From Candidatus Methylomirabilales bacterium (GTDB lineage Bacteria; Methylomirabilota; Methylomirabilia; Methylomirabilales; CSP1-5), in assembly GCA_046758505.1 (NCBI GenBank), contig JBHIAH010000005.1, positions 39,036 through 103,035 on the forward strand: a DNA stretch of 64,000 nucleotides, written 5' to 3'. The notes under the pieces were generated by a model. That model saw nothing but the letters and a program-made list of their open reading frames with translations, was not told where the DNA came from and searched no databases. Every line of letters begins with the position of its first letter. Position 1 is the stretch's first letter. A program made the position numbers and the translations under genes. Shown here piece after piece: positions 1 to 10,507 of this stretch.

Positions 1-1
1 G

Positions 2-160
2 GAGGTGGGTCGATTTCCGGACGCCCGGGAGGCCCTCGCGGCCGCCGTCGAGGCGTTCCGGACCGGCCCCCGGTATAAACGCCGCGAGGATCGACCCTGG
101 TTTCGCCGGGCGAGGCGCCTCCTCCGACACCTTCCGAGGGAGGGGCGTTCGGAATCGTGA
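2..160 (+). CDS. 3' end of a gene entering from the left edge, probably a TPR-like helical protein
   Basis: Frame 2 is open from the edge: EVGRFPDAREALAAAVEAFRTGPRYKRREDRPWFRRARRLLRHL...*. Its TGA (158-160) overlaps the next ATG (160). Confidence 0.55.
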   Translation, partial: EVGRFPDAREALAAAVEAFRTGPRYKRREDRPWFRRARRLLRHLPREGRSES

Positions 161-687
161 TGGTCTTTGCTTATTACAACCGCTTGACGCGCGCCCAACA
201 GCGGATCTACCAGCAGAGCGACAAGGTCACCACTATTCCCCTGCCCCAGGCCAGACGACTGCACCCGCTGGTCAAGGAACTTGCAGAGGCGCTTGAACGT
301 GAGGACCGTCGAAAGACCGAGGCCGCTTCCCAAGAGCTCGTCTCCGCCCTCACGGCCAGGCTCAAGGCCACTCCAGTCCACGTCGAAGTGCTCGCGACGC
401 GCCCCTCCCGGAGTTGGGGCGAACTCCATGGCCTCTACACCCCGGCCGAAGGCCAGAAGCCCGCTCGAGTGACGGTCTGGATGCGGACGGCCCAGCGCCG
501 TCGCGTGGTGGCCTTCCGGACCTTCCTGCGCACCCTCCTCCACGAAGTCTGCCACCACCTCGACTACGAGCTACTCGGCCTCCAGGAGACTTTCCATACG
601 GAGGGCTTCTATCGGCGGGAATCCAGCCTCTTCCACCAACTCGTTCCCAACCGCCCTCAGGAGGACTCCCCCACTACAGAGAGCTAA
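160..687 (+). CDS. Hypothetical protein with HExxH zinc-metallopeptidase motif
   Basis: RTLLHEVCHHLDY plus downstream H (FHTEGF); translationally coupled to the upstream gene. Confidence 0.75.
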   Translation: MVFAYYNRLTRAQQRIYQQSDKVTTIPLPQARRLHPLVKELAEALEREDRRKTEAASQELVSALTARLKATPVHVEVLATRPSRSWGELHGLYTPAEGQKPARVTVWMRTAQRRRVVAFRTFLRTLLHEVCHHLDYELLGLQETFHTEGFYRRESSLFHQLVPNRPQEDSPTTES

Positions 688-765
688 TCTGGCACGTCCC
701 CACAGGGCAGGAATAGGCTGACAACTGCTGCAGTCTTTTTCGGCCACGCGGGACAGCAGAAAACG

Positions 766-794
766 TTGACAAGCCCTTGGAAAGGTTAGAGAAT
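766..794 (+). promoter_or_regulatory. Putative sigma70 promoter upstream of the cassette region
   Basis: TTGACA(766-771)-17 bp-GAGAAT(789-794). Confidence 0.45.
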
Positions 795-881
795 TTCGCC
801 AACGGCCGGCAGTTCGGCCGGTCGAGATAGGCTGACCAACCTACTCAATAGTTATGCGACTGGGCTGCAAGAGAATTTCCC

Positions 882-1079
882 GTGCCGCCAAAGATACGAG
901 AACTCATAGCCGAACTCGAGAGAGCCGGCTTTGTTGATCGCGGCGGCAAAGGTAGCCACAGGAACTTTGTTCATCCCAACGTGGCCAGACCCGTAACCAT
1001 ATCGGGTAGTCCGGGTGACGATGCGAAGCATTATCAAGTTCGGGCCGTCCGGCTCGCTATTGAGGAGTCAAAGAAATGA
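882..1079 (+). CDS. hicA: HicA family toxin
   Basis: 65 aa, 'LERAGF..RGGKGSHRNFVHP' HicA signature; overlaps hicB start (ATGA). Confidence 0.9.
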   Translation: MPPKIRELIAELERAGFVDRGGKGSHRNFVHPNVARPVTISGSPGDDAKHYQVRAVRLAIEESKK

Positions 1080-1315
1080 AGGACAGCGCTAGATACGTCA
1101 AAATCGTCGAGTGGTCTGAGGAGGATCAGTGCTACGTCGGCAGTTCCCCTGGGTTGATCTACGGAGGTTGCCACGGTGATGACGAAAAAGCCGTGTTTGA
1201 CGAACTGTGCCGGATCGTGGAGGAAGCGATCGCGCTCTACAAGGCCGATGGGAACCCATTGCCTCCCCCTACCTCCGGAAAGGATTTTGCCAACAAGATG
1301 CAGCACGTCGCATAA
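1076..1315 (+). CDS. hicB: HicB family antitoxin (short, lacks a separate DNA-binding domain)
   Basis: 'Y..IVEWSEEDQCYVG..PGL...C.HGDD' HicB motif directly after hicA. Confidence 0.88.
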   Translation: MKDSARYVKIVEWSEEDQCYVGSSPGLIYGGCHGDDEKAVFDELCRIVEEAIALYKADGNPLPPPTSGKDFANKMQHVA

Positions 1316-1644
1316 ACCCCTATGAGGTCCCTGAAGTGCAGCGTTAACTCGCACAGCCGCACAGGAGGTCGGTGTCAGGCTTTCCTAATGTGGGATGATC
1401 CGGTGTAACGCAGTAAGCTGGCTGAAGAGTCGGCCACATGGTCACAGCGAGTGCTGGAAATGTCCGGTCTCTTAAGCACGTAGCATCCAACATGGGCTTA
1501 AGGTTGCCCGGCCACGTTAGCGGGATGTGGTGCCGCGTCAGACCGCCCGAGAGGTCGATTCTTCCGCAACGGTCGGGTGCGAAACGGTGTCTGACACCTT
1601 TTCCCTCATAGTTAGGGGGACCGGTGTAACACGGGCGTGTTTCG

Positions 1645-1998
1645 ATGAATTTTCCAATTGACGTAACGCCTTATGTGATGGTTTATGCAGCGGTGGTTTT
1701 TCTTTGCCCTTGGCTCATTCTTGCGTCATACCTCCTTCGAGAGTTACGAGTGTTACGAAAGCATGGGTTGCTTGGCTTGACGACTAACGCGGAGGTATGG
1801 AACGAAATTCAAAGTTTTAGAAAGACAAACCCGGAATCAAAGTATCTGTACGGTAAAGTCAAACAGTGGATGAAAATCACTTTGACTTTCTGGGTTACTG
1901 GTTTTGTAATTCTCTGTGCCGCTCTTTATCTTTTGGACGCTAACGATCTGCTCATCAACCATAGCAAAGGAATTTACGGTCGTGACGAATGTAAGTAG
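1645..1998 (+). CDS. Hypothetical membrane protein (cassette-like, AT-rich)
   Basis: 117 aa, two hydrophobic segments, visibly lower GC than flanks, bounded by core/inverse-core sites. Confidence 0.75.
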   Translation: MNFPIDVTPYVMVYAAVVFLCPWLILASYLLRELRVLRKHGLLGLTTNAEVWNEIQSFRKTNPESKYLYGKVKQWMKITLTFWVTGFVILCAALYLLDANDLLINHSKGIYGRDECK

Positions 1999-2001
1999 CT
2001 C

Positions 2002-2080
2002 ACCTAACCCCCGGCTTTAGCCAGACCTTCACCCCGCCGCTTGATAGGCGGGACTCGGCTGCGCAGCCTGAACGCTAGGC
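2002..2080 (+). repeat. attC-like site
   Basis: ACCTAAC ... central CCCGCC/GGCGGG hairpin ... GCTAGGC (one mismatch to GTTRRRY), about 79 bp, starting 3 nt after a stop codon. Confidence 0.55.
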
Positions 2081-2109
2081 CGCGAAACCCTTACTCTCGT
2101 GCACGATCT

Positions 2110-2260
2110 ATGCCTCCACTTGATCCGAATTGCTTCTATTCCTCACTAGCGCAGTCTGCGGCCGCGATCGTTGGTCTTATGGGTGGTATCTTCGCTACTC
2201 GATTGGAGGATCAGATCACCACCAGCAGCGAGCAAAAGCTAAAGGCGATCCACAGGGAAG
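2110..2260 (+). pseudogene. Truncated cassette gene (N-terminal membrane segment only)
   Basis: MPPLDPNCFYSSLAQSAAAIVGLMGGIFATRL starts just after the attC-like site; coding character is lost at the GGGGTCAA...TTGACCCC inverted repeat (2260-2298). Confidence 0.45.
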
Positions 2261-2384
2261 GGGTCAAATCTTTTGTTGACAATTCTCCCCTTGACCCCCC
2301 CGACCGTGCATCCAAAGCACAGAGTACCTCTCGGCCCTCGGAAGGGTCATAGCGGTTGCAGCGCATTAGCCGCGTGAGTAGGCC

Positions 2385-2813
2385 TCAAGCTCTCTTTGGT
2401 TGAGCCGAACTCTGGCGGGACGGGCCGTAGAAGATCAGGACATGGCCGTCGGGGTCACGGACCGAGAACTCCCGGTCCCCCCATGGATAATCTGCCGGTT
2501 CACGGAGGATAGGGACTCCCCGGTCCCTGAGGCTCTCGCACCACCGATCCACGTCCGGGACCGCGAAAGCCACGAGCACCGACACGCCTGATTCTGTGCT
2601 CGGGGCCACCAGGTCAACGGCGACCGGCAGGTCGGGACCCGCAGCACACGCACGCTGCAGGGCCAACTTGGTTCCGCCTACCTGAAACAGCGCGTACTCC
2701 TCCCCTTGTGAGAACCTCAAGCGAAGCCCCAGGGTCTCCTGATAAAACCGGACCGCCTGAGGCATGTCCCCCACGATCAAGGCGACGAAGTCGCATCGCT
2801 CTATACCGTCCAT
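2385..2813 (-). CDS. VOC/glyoxalase-bleomycin resistance family protein
   Basis: 'FY..TLGL', 'P.DYPWG.REF.VRDPDGH' VOC motifs. Confidence 0.9.
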   Translation of the reverse strand: MDGIERCDFVALIVGDMPQAVRFYQETLGLRLRFSQGEEYALFQVGGTKLALQRACAAGPDLPVAVDLVAPSTESGVSVLVAFAVPDVDRWCESLRDRGVPILREPADYPWGDREFSVRDPDGHVLIFYGPSRQSSAQPKRA

Positions 2814-2982
2814 GGCCCTCTCTCTCTCGGCCTCTGATGCTCAGCTGTTGGCCCTCGACTCCTCGTAGCCTTGATCCACCGGCACCCAGCGCCTCCCTTA
2901 GCGGTAAGCCGACAACCGCACGGAAAACTTGTGAGGATTTCAAAGCCCAATCCATTCGAACGGGGGCGGAAGCGCCCGGTAC

Positions 2983-3195
2983 TTACGATGGGCGGAGCAA
3001 GAGATGCTTCGGTGATTGGCCCGCGGCTGTCCGATCAGTCTTGGAGCCCAAGGAGCTCCCACAGCCCTGACAGAGGTAATCGTATAACTCGCCATCAGGA
3101 AGGATCAGGAGCAGACGCTGCCGTACGGGCATCGCTCGGTGACATTTTTCGCAGTAAAGAACCGACGCCTGAAACTGTTCGAAGCTTTTTTCCAT
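2983..3195 (-). CDS. Small zinc-ribbon protein
   Basis: CEKC...CQGC pair; own promoter upstream. Confidence 0.75.
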   Translation of the reverse strand: MEKSFEQFQASVLYCEKCHRAMPVRQRLLLILPDGELYDYLCQGCGSSLGSKTDRTAAGQSPKHLLLRPS

Positions 3196-3236
3196 GGACC
3201 CCACCGGACACGCTCAGTTTTGTTCCCGGTATCCTC

Positions 3237-3265
3237 AGTATCCCTGACAGGCTTAGGGGTGTCAA
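3237..3265 (-). promoter_or_regulatory. Putative sigma70 promoter
   Basis: Minus strand TTGACA-17 bp-GATACT. Confidence 0.5.
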
Positions 3266-3333
3266 GTATCCCGATACCGCGAAGCGGAATGCAAGATTCA
3301 AGACCTGACCCTCTTCGCCGGGGGTCGTGAACG

Positions 3334-3759
3334 CTATCCGTCGGGGAGGACGTAGCTGCTGGTCGCGTGACCGATCAGCTTCTCCGGAGTATCGGCCATG
3401 GAGAGCCGGATCTCTCCGTAGACGATCCGCCGCCCGGCCTTGAGGACCTCGGCCCGGGCGAGGACATCTCCCCCAACGGCCGGCCGCAAGAAGTTGATCT
3501 TAAACTCATTGGTCACCGTCATGGGCTTGAGGCCGACTACGCTCAAGATCGCGTAGTAAATGGCGATGTCGGCCAGTACCATCAACATCCCACCCGCGAT
3601 GTATTTTCCCGGTCGCAGGTACCGTTCGTCATACTTCATGCGGGCCACCGCGTACCCGCTCCCGATCTCCTCGCAGCTGATTCCGAATTCCTTAACGAAA
3701 GGACATTGCTCCTTGGCCAACTGCTCCAGTGCTTCCTTCGTAACCTTCCCCTCCCCCAT
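3334..3759 (-). CDS. PaaI family (hotdog-fold) thioesterase
   Basis: 'GG.LM.LAD', 'TNEFKINFLRP', 'A.VLKAGRR' motifs. Confidence 0.9.
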   Translation of the reverse strand: MGEGKVTKEALEQLAKEQCPFVKEFGISCEEIGSGYAVARMKYDERYLRPGKYIAGGMLMVLADIAIYYAILSVVGLKPMTVTNEFKINFLRPAVGGDVLARAEVLKAGRRIVYGEIRLSMADTPEKLIGHATSSYVLPDG

Positions 3760-4076
3760 CGCCTTTTCTCCCTCGCCCCGTTACCGGACGCAATCTTTCC
3801 CAGGATGATGGGCACTTTCTCTGCGCCGTGGGATGAGGCGCTGGTGACACGCCTTGTACGGGAAGACCAACGAGTGGTTTGTAAGAGGATAACTTCACAG
3901 GACCCCGGGACACCCGGGGAAGCGACGGGGATATCTCACACGGCAATCGGATGACCTCGCCTCGGCGAAGACCGGAGGAGACTAGTGAGAGGGGCACGCA
4001 GTTCACCTGCGCTGAGCGCGCATCCGCCCTGCACGCCGACAGCGACCCGGCCTGCCCGTTCGGCAGGCCCCGACCC

Positions 4077-4166
4077 TTACCGCTTTTTGTGACGCATGCT
4101 CCGGCGCAGCTTCTTGTACTTGTGCTTCCGGATCTTTTTGCGCCGCTTCTTGACGACGCTCCCCAC
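4077..4166 (-). CDS. bS22/AURKAIP1-COX24 (DUF1713)-like small basic protein, 29 aa (absent from ORF track)
   Basis: GTG start after G-rich RBS; MGSVVKKRRKKIRKHKYKKLRRSMRHKKR*. Confidence 0.85.
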   Translation of the reverse strand: MGSVVKKRRKKIRKHKYKKLRRSMRHKKR

Positions 4167-4183
4167 CGCGCCCCTCCCCCCTT

Positions 4184-5191
4184 TTACCGACCGCCCACGG
4201 CTTGTCGAACCTCCCGCACCGCCGCCACCATTGCACGGAGTTTCCCCTGCGCTTCCTCCACCGTCCGGGTTTTGAGCCCACAGTCGGGATCCACCCAGAG
4301 GGCCTCCGACCGTATCACCTGTAACGCCTTTTCGATCCGCTCTTTGACCATCGCCGGGGTCTCCACGGCATGGGAATGGACATCCAGCACCCCGAAGGAG
4401 AGGTCCTTGGTGAACGGGTCTTTCTCAAAGAGACTGATGAGGTCCAACCCGCTGTTGGACATCTCCAGGTCGAAGTTCTCTACGGGAAGCTGGAGCATCT
4501 GAGGATAGATGAACTCGAAGGCCCCGTAGCAGATGTGGGTGATGAAGTAGGCCGGGATGTTATCGGTCGCAATGTGCATCGCCTCCAGGGCAAAGTCGAG
4601 CTCCTCCGGACGGACCGAGAGGGCCGGCTCATCAATCTGGATGATCTTGGCCCCCGCCTCGACCAGGGCCTCGACTTCCTTTCGGATCTCTCTGGCGAGG
4701 GCGAGACACGCGCTCTTTCGATCCGGGTAGTAATCGTTGAAGGACCAGTCCATGATCGTGTAGGGGCCCGTGAGCATGCCCTTGACCGGCTTCGCGGTGA
4801 GCCCCTGAGCGAACTTCCACCAGCTCACCGTGATGGGACCGGGCCACTGCATCTCTCCAGCAATGATCGGCTTGTGGTAGTAGCGATTACCGTACGACCG
4901 GACCAGCCCGCCCATCTCGAAGCCAGGCATGACGTCGGCAAAATAAGCCACCATGTCCCCACGGTACTGCTCCCCGTCCACCAGGACATCCAGGCCGATT
5001 TCTTCCTGCTGCCCGATCCAGAATTCGGTTGCCCGCCGCTCGAGGGCGTCCAACTCCTTTCGGCTCATCTCCTTCCGGGCAAACTTCCCCCGCCCCTCCA
5101 CAAGATAGTCCGGCTTGGGAAAGCTGCCAACCGTACTCGTGACAAAGAGCGGCAGGGCAAGCCCCAGCCGCTCCAGCTTGTCCCGGCTCAT
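4184..5191 (-). CDS. metE: Cobalamin-independent methionine synthase, catalytic (C-terminal-half) subunit
   Basis: VGSFP, DGEQYRGDMV, QIDEPA, Zn ligands THICY and PDCGLKT. Confidence 0.9.
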   Translation of the reverse strand: MSRDKLERLGLALPLFVTSTVGSFPKPDYLVEGRGKFARKEMSRKELDALERRATEFWIGQQEEIGLDVLVDGEQYRGDMVAYFADVMPGFEMGGLVRSYGNRYYHKPIIAGEMQWPGPITVSWWKFAQGLTAKPVKGMLTGPYTIMDWSFNDYYPDRKSACLALAREIRKEVEALVEAGAKIIQIDEPALSVRPEELDFALEAMHIATDNIPAYFITHICYGAFEFIYPQMLQLPVENFDLEMSNSGLDLISLFEKDPFTKDLSFGVLDVHSHAVETPAMVKERIEKALQVIRSEALWVDPDCGLKTRTVEEAQGKLRAMVAAVREVRQAVGGR

Positions 5192-6180
5192 CTCTTTCCC
5201 CTTTGCAGAAAGTCATCTCTGCACTCCTTCATGAGCTGGAGTTTTGCCACGGCCTTCTCCCGTGGCAGATACTCGAGCCCACAGGAAGGATGCAGGTAGA
5301 CGACGTCTCCCCCCGCACGCGGGAGGACCGTGTCCAGGATGCGGAAGATCTCTTCGGCGGTCTCCATCCGCGTGTTGCGACCGTCGATCACCCCGAGCCC
5401 CAGGCCCTTCTGCGAGCCCAGTGCGGCAATTTTTTCCGGGAGCCCGGGGGCATAGGTGAAGTCGAAGCCCAGGATCTGGACCGGGAGCTCCTGGAAGACC
5501 TCGTAGAGAGAGGTCGCATCGCCGAAATAGGTATAGAGCGCCAGCCGGGCCGTGCCCCTGGCCCGGCCCAGCGGTGTCAGGGCCTTGTGAAGGAGGGGCA
5601 CGTCTCGTGGATGCTTCAGGATCGCCGGCTCTTCCACCTGGATCACCTCGGCTCCCGCCGCGGCCAGCGCCCCGACCTCTTGCGCTAAGGCTTCACCGAG
5701 ATCCATGACCAGGCTGTCCAACTCCCGGTACACCGGGGTCTCCCGGATGGAGGAGGCGGCGATCGTGTACGGACCGGTCAGGACCGGCTTGATCGGCCGG
5801 GACGAGGCCGCCTGGGCGAACCGATACTCCTCTACGATCATCGATCCCGTCCGCGCGACCTTTCCCTTCATCACCGGCTGCCGGAAGTAGAAGTTCGTAT
5901 CGAAATAGCGGAGAAGGCCGTTGATCTCCACGTGGGTGAGCTTTCCGGCCACGTGAGAGATGGGATCATACCAACGGATCTGGCCGTCGGTGATCAGCTC
6001 GCATCCTGCATGGGCCTGCTCCCCGATGACCTCCGTCACCACGGAATCCTGGATCTGGTTGAAGGTGTCCGGTGAGATTTCCCCCCGCTCTCGCTGGGCA
6101 TAGGCACGCCGGAGCCGCTGCTGCTCCCTGCCGCCTCCGACCCTGGGGTAGCTACTGTGGTTGGCCAGGACCAATTCCAT
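5188..6180 (-). CDS. MetE N-terminal-half-like subunit (split MetE)
   Basis: SSYPRVG, TDGQIRW.D, RYFDTNFYF, LYTYFG, IDGRN, PSCGLEYLP; 4-nt overlap with the catalytic subunit. The longer ORF-track start lies in heptamer repeats. Confidence 0.85.
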   Translation of the reverse strand: MELVLANHSSYPRVGGGREQQRLRRAYAQRERGEISPDTFNQIQDSVVTEVIGEQAHAGCELITDGQIRWYDPISHVAGKLTHVEINGLLRYFDTNFYFRQPVMKGKVARTGSMIVEEYRFAQAASSRPIKPVLTGPYTIAASSIRETPVYRELDSLVMDLGEALAQEVGALAAAGAEVIQVEEPAILKHPRDVPLLHKALTPLGRARGTARLALYTYFGDATSLYEVFQELPVQILGFDFTYAPGLPEKIAALGSQKGLGLGVIDGRNTRMETAEEIFRILDTVLPRAGGDVVYLHPSCGLEYLPREKAVAKLQLMKECRDDFLQRGKR

Positions 6181-6193
6181 TGCCACTCCGTGG

Positions 6194-6331
6194 TGTCCAA
6201 AGTCCAACGTCCGATGTCTAGCCCTTCGAGCTCCTTCACGGTTCATGGTTCACAGTTCACGGACCGTACAGGTTCAGACCCTGAACCATCAACTGTGAAC
6301 TCCGCTAGCGGTCACCGGTCATCGGTCAACG
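6194..6331. repeat. Short heptamer tandem-repeat arrays (GTCCRAY, GGTTCAY, CGGTCAY)
   Basis: gtccaaagtccaacgtccgatgtc; ggttcatggttcacagttcac with inverse tgaaccatcaactgtgaac; cggtcaccggtcatcggtcaa. Confidence 0.7.
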
Positions 6332-6805
6332 TTACCCGATCTGTTGGACCGCTTGCTTGACCTCTTCGTAATTCGGCTCCTTCATAGGATCATCGGAGGT
6401 CCACTTATAGCGAATCACACCCCCGCTGTCCAGCACAAAGACCGCCCGCTTGGCTGCGGTGTACCCTTTCAGCCCCGCGAGGTCGGGAAGCTGGACATCA
6501 TACGCGGTGATGACCTGCCGCGTATAGTCACTCAGGAGGGGAAAGGTGATCTGGTGCTGCTCCCCAAAGGCTTTATTGGCAAAGGGCGTATCCACGCTGA
6601 TGCCCAGGACCGTTGCGCCAAGACTCCCGAGGTGGCTCAGGCTGTCCCGGAACGTGCACAACTCCTTGGTGCAGACACCGGTGAAGGCGGCGGGGTAAAA
6701 GGCCAGGATCAGCTTCTGCCCTTTAAACTCCGCGAGGGTTCGTGGCTTTCGCTCCGTATCCACGAGGGCAAATTCTGGGGCCTTTTGTCCGACGGCAATG
6801 GCCAT
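6332..6805 (-). CDS. Peroxiredoxin (AhpC/TSA, BCP/AhpE-like)
   Basis: FYPAAFTGVCTKELC (PxxxTxxC), GISVD, FPLLSD, RAVFVLD. Confidence 0.92.
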   Translation of the reverse strand: MAIAVGQKAPEFALVDTERKPRTLAEFKGQKLILAFYPAAFTGVCTKELCTFRDSLSHLGSLGATVLGISVDTPFANKAFGEQHQITFPLLSDYTRQVITAYDVQLPDLAGLKGYTAAKRAVFVLDSGGVIRYKWTSDDPMKEPNYEEVKQAVQQIG

Positions 6806-6860
6806 CACGTCCTCCTTTCCTCGCACGTCGTCCGCAATGCGCAGTTACTTGTGACAGGCA

Positions 6861-6892
6861 CAAAACAGGCGCCCAAGGGATCCTTGGGCGCC
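6861..6892 (-). terminator. Rho-independent terminator after korB
   Basis: 11-bp stem GGCGCCCAAGG/CCTTGGGCGCC followed by TGTTTTG on the minus strand. Confidence 0.7.
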
Positions 6893-6927
6893 AAGCCGGC
6901 GTGACAAAACCGAAGGTGGCGTCCCGA

Positions 6928-7949
<1,022 letters not shown>

Positions 7950-7953
<4 letters not shown>

Positions 7954-9839
7954 TCCTCCAAGAGTTCCCGCATCCTGTTCATGAGCTCGCCCACTTTAAA
8001 GGGCTGCCCCTGAATCTTGTTCATCCCTTTGGCATCCACCAGGTACTCGGCCCGGATCACCCTCACGAGCTGGCCCATGTTCAACTCAGGGACCAGGATG
8101 GTCTCAAACCGACCCATGATCTGCTTGAGGTCGGGCGGGAGGGGATTCAGATACCGGAGATGGACATGGGAGACCGATTTCCCCTGCCCTCGCAGTCGAT
8201 CGACCGCCTCCACGATGGCCCCATAGGTGCTCCCCCACCCGATGACGAGGAGTTTTCCCGAGGGGTCACCCCGTACCTCGGTGGGGGGGATATCCGTAGC
8301 GACGCGGGCCACCTTCTCTGCCCGGAGCCGAACCATCTTCTCGTGATTGGCCGGATCGTAGCTCACATGGCCGGTGACGTCTTCCTTCTCCAGCCCGCCG
8401 ACTCGGTGCTCGAGGCCGGGCGTCCCCGGCCGGACCCAAGCGCGGGCCAGGGTCTCCGGATCCCGGAGATAGGGCTGGAATCCCGTGGGGTCGGTCCGGA
8501 ACTGGACCTCAACCTTGGGGAGCGTGCTCACCTCTGGGATTTTCCAGGGCTCGGCCCCGTTGCCCAGATAGCCGTCGGACAGGTAGAAGACCGGAACCAT
8601 ATACTTGGCGGCGAGCCTGACCGCCTCGAACGCCATGAAGAAGCAATCCCCGGGCGTGGCGGGAGCCAAGACGACCACGGGTGATTCACTGCTCCGCCCG
8701 TAAAGGACCATGAGCAGATCCGCCTGTTCCGTCTTCGTCGGCATGCCGGTCGAAGGCCCCGCCCGCTGGATATCCGCGATGATCAGCGGAAGCTCCACCA
8801 TCACGGCCAGGTTAATCGTCTCTTGCTTGAGCAACACCCCCGGGCCGCTTGTAGTGCAGATGCCGATGGCGCCTCCATACGCCGCCCCGAGGGCCGCCCC
8901 GACGGCGGCAATTTCATCCTCCGCCTGGAAGGTCAAGACATGAAAGTTCTTGTAACTCGACAACTCGTGGAGGATATCGCTCGCCGGAGTAATCGGGTAA
9001 CTTCCGAGGAAGAGCGGCACACCGGCGCGCTCGGCTGCTGCGACGAAGCCCATGGCGGTCGCCATGTTTCCGGTCATGTTCCGGTATTTGCCGGGGGCTA
9101 ACCGGGCGGGCTTGACCGCGTACTGCACGGCGAACATCTCGGCCGTCTCTCCGAAGTGGTACCCGGCCTTGAGGGCTCGCATGTTCGCCTCGATCAACTC
9201 CGGGGTCTTCTTGAACCGATTCTCGATCCAGCGGATTGTCGGCTCGATGGGCCGGGTGAACAACCACGAGGTCAGGCCCAGGGCAAAGAAGTTCTTACAG
9301 CGCGTCGCGACCTTCGTGTTGAGGGTCAACCCCTCCAGAGCCCGGAGCGTCATCTGCGTGATGTCCATGGGGAAGACCTGGTACTGCGCCAGAGAGCCGT
9401 CCTCCAGAGGATTCGTGACGTACCCGGCCTTTTTGAGATTATTCTCGGTAAACTCCGCCGTATCGGCGATGATAATTCCGCCCGACTTCAAATCCCGGAT
9501 ATTTACCTTCAGGGCCGCTGGGTTCATCACCACCAGGACGTCGGGGTTGTCTCCCGGCGTATAAATGTCGTGGCTGCTGAAATTGATTTGAAAGCCACTG
9601 ACCCCGAAGAGGGTTCCGGTGGGGGCCCGGATTTCCGCGGGGAAATCAGGGAGCGTCGCGAGGTCGGTCCCCGCCAGGGCCGTCTCGTTGGTGAACTGCA
9701 TCCCGGCGAGCTGCATCCCGTCGCCGGAGTCCCCGGCAAACCGGATCACCACCTCTTCCAACTCTTTGTGCCCCTTCTCCGCGTGTGGCCGGGGTGGGCT
9801 CTCGGCACGTGTGGTCATTGTTTTCTCCTCACTCATCAC
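7950..9839 (-). CDS. korA: 2-oxoacid:acceptor oxidoreductase alpha subunit (gamma-alpha fusion)
   Basis: AGDSGDG, AEIR, YPITP, QAEDEIAA, TSGPG, QRAGPSTG.PT. Confidence 0.95.
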
Positions 9840-9897
9840 ACCCTTTCGGGGCGTCGAACTGCCCCCTCACCCTAACGTCCTTGCGCCACCCACCACG

Positions 9898-10443
9898 TCA
9901 CGTGGCCTTGCGGCGCCAGGGCAGGCTCACCAAATCCTCCGTCCGATGACGCTCCCGTGCTATCTTCTGCTGCAGGAGCATAATCCCGTGGATTAGTTGT
10001 TCGGGGCGCGGGGGGCAGCCGGGAACGTAGACGTCCACCGGCACGATCTTGTCGACCCCCTGCACGATGGCATAGTCGTTGAAGATCCCGCCACAGGAGG
10101 CGCAGGCCCCCATGGCGATCACCCATTTCGGTTCAGGCATCTGATCGTAGATCCGCCTGAGGACGGGAGCCATCTTCTTGCTGACCCGCCCGGACACAAT
10201 CATGAGGTCCGCCTGGCGCGGCGAGGCGCGAAAGACCTCCGCACCGAATCGGGCAAGGTCAAACCGAGAGGCGGCCGTCGCCATCATCTCGATGGCACAA
10301 CAGGCCAGGCCAAAGGTAGCCGGCCAAAGCGACGAACTGCGCGCCCAGTTCAGCATCCGCTCAAAGGTCGTGAGGAGAAGCCCGCGCTCGACCTCTTCCT
10401 CAATGGCCCGATGCTGCTCCCCATCGAGCAGCTCTACTTTCAC
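9898..10443 (-). CDS. nuoB: NADH-quinone oxidoreductase subunit B (orphan copy 1)
   Basis: [29 protein letters not shown]. Confidence 0.93.
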   Translation of the reverse strand: MKVELLDGEQHRAIEEEVERGLLLTTFERMLNWARSSSLWPATFGLACCAIEMMATAASRFDLARFGAEVFRASPRQADLMIVSGRVSKKMAPVLRRIYDQMPEPKWVIAMGACASCGGIFNDYAIVQGVDKIVPVDVYVPGCPPRPEQLIHGIMLLQQKIARERHRTEDLVSLPWRRKAT

Positions 10444-10507
10444 TGGGATCCCTCCCTTGTTGCCTCCGGTGCCCCGGTCCGTGAAATAGCAGCGCGTCCG
10501 AAGAGCC

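Larger units (their letters stand above)
797..2080 (+). mobile_element. Decayed integron-type gene cassette array (no integrase in window)
   Basis: Core GTTATGCGAC(851-860) before hicA is mirrored by GTCGCATAA(1307-1315) at the hicB stop. GTTAGGGG(1611) before the 1645 ORF is mirrored by CACCTAAC(2001-2008). A further ATCCAAC(1485) follows a stop codon. Confidence 0.6.

Noticed and set aside
1400..1630. 10-bp direct repeat CCGGTGTAAC (1400, 1621) as target-site duplication
   Set aside because: No element with inverted ends is clearly delimited between the copies; could be chance or cassette decay.
3790..4070. Structured intergenic region as possible ncRNA (6S/SRP/riboswitch)
   Set aside because: Hairpins are present (e.g. 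GGCCTGCC/GGCAGGCC at 4049-4069) but I recognise no family motif; needs an Rfam scan.
6194..6331. Short repeats as CRISPR
   Set aside because: 7-bp units without spacers; no cas genes in the window.
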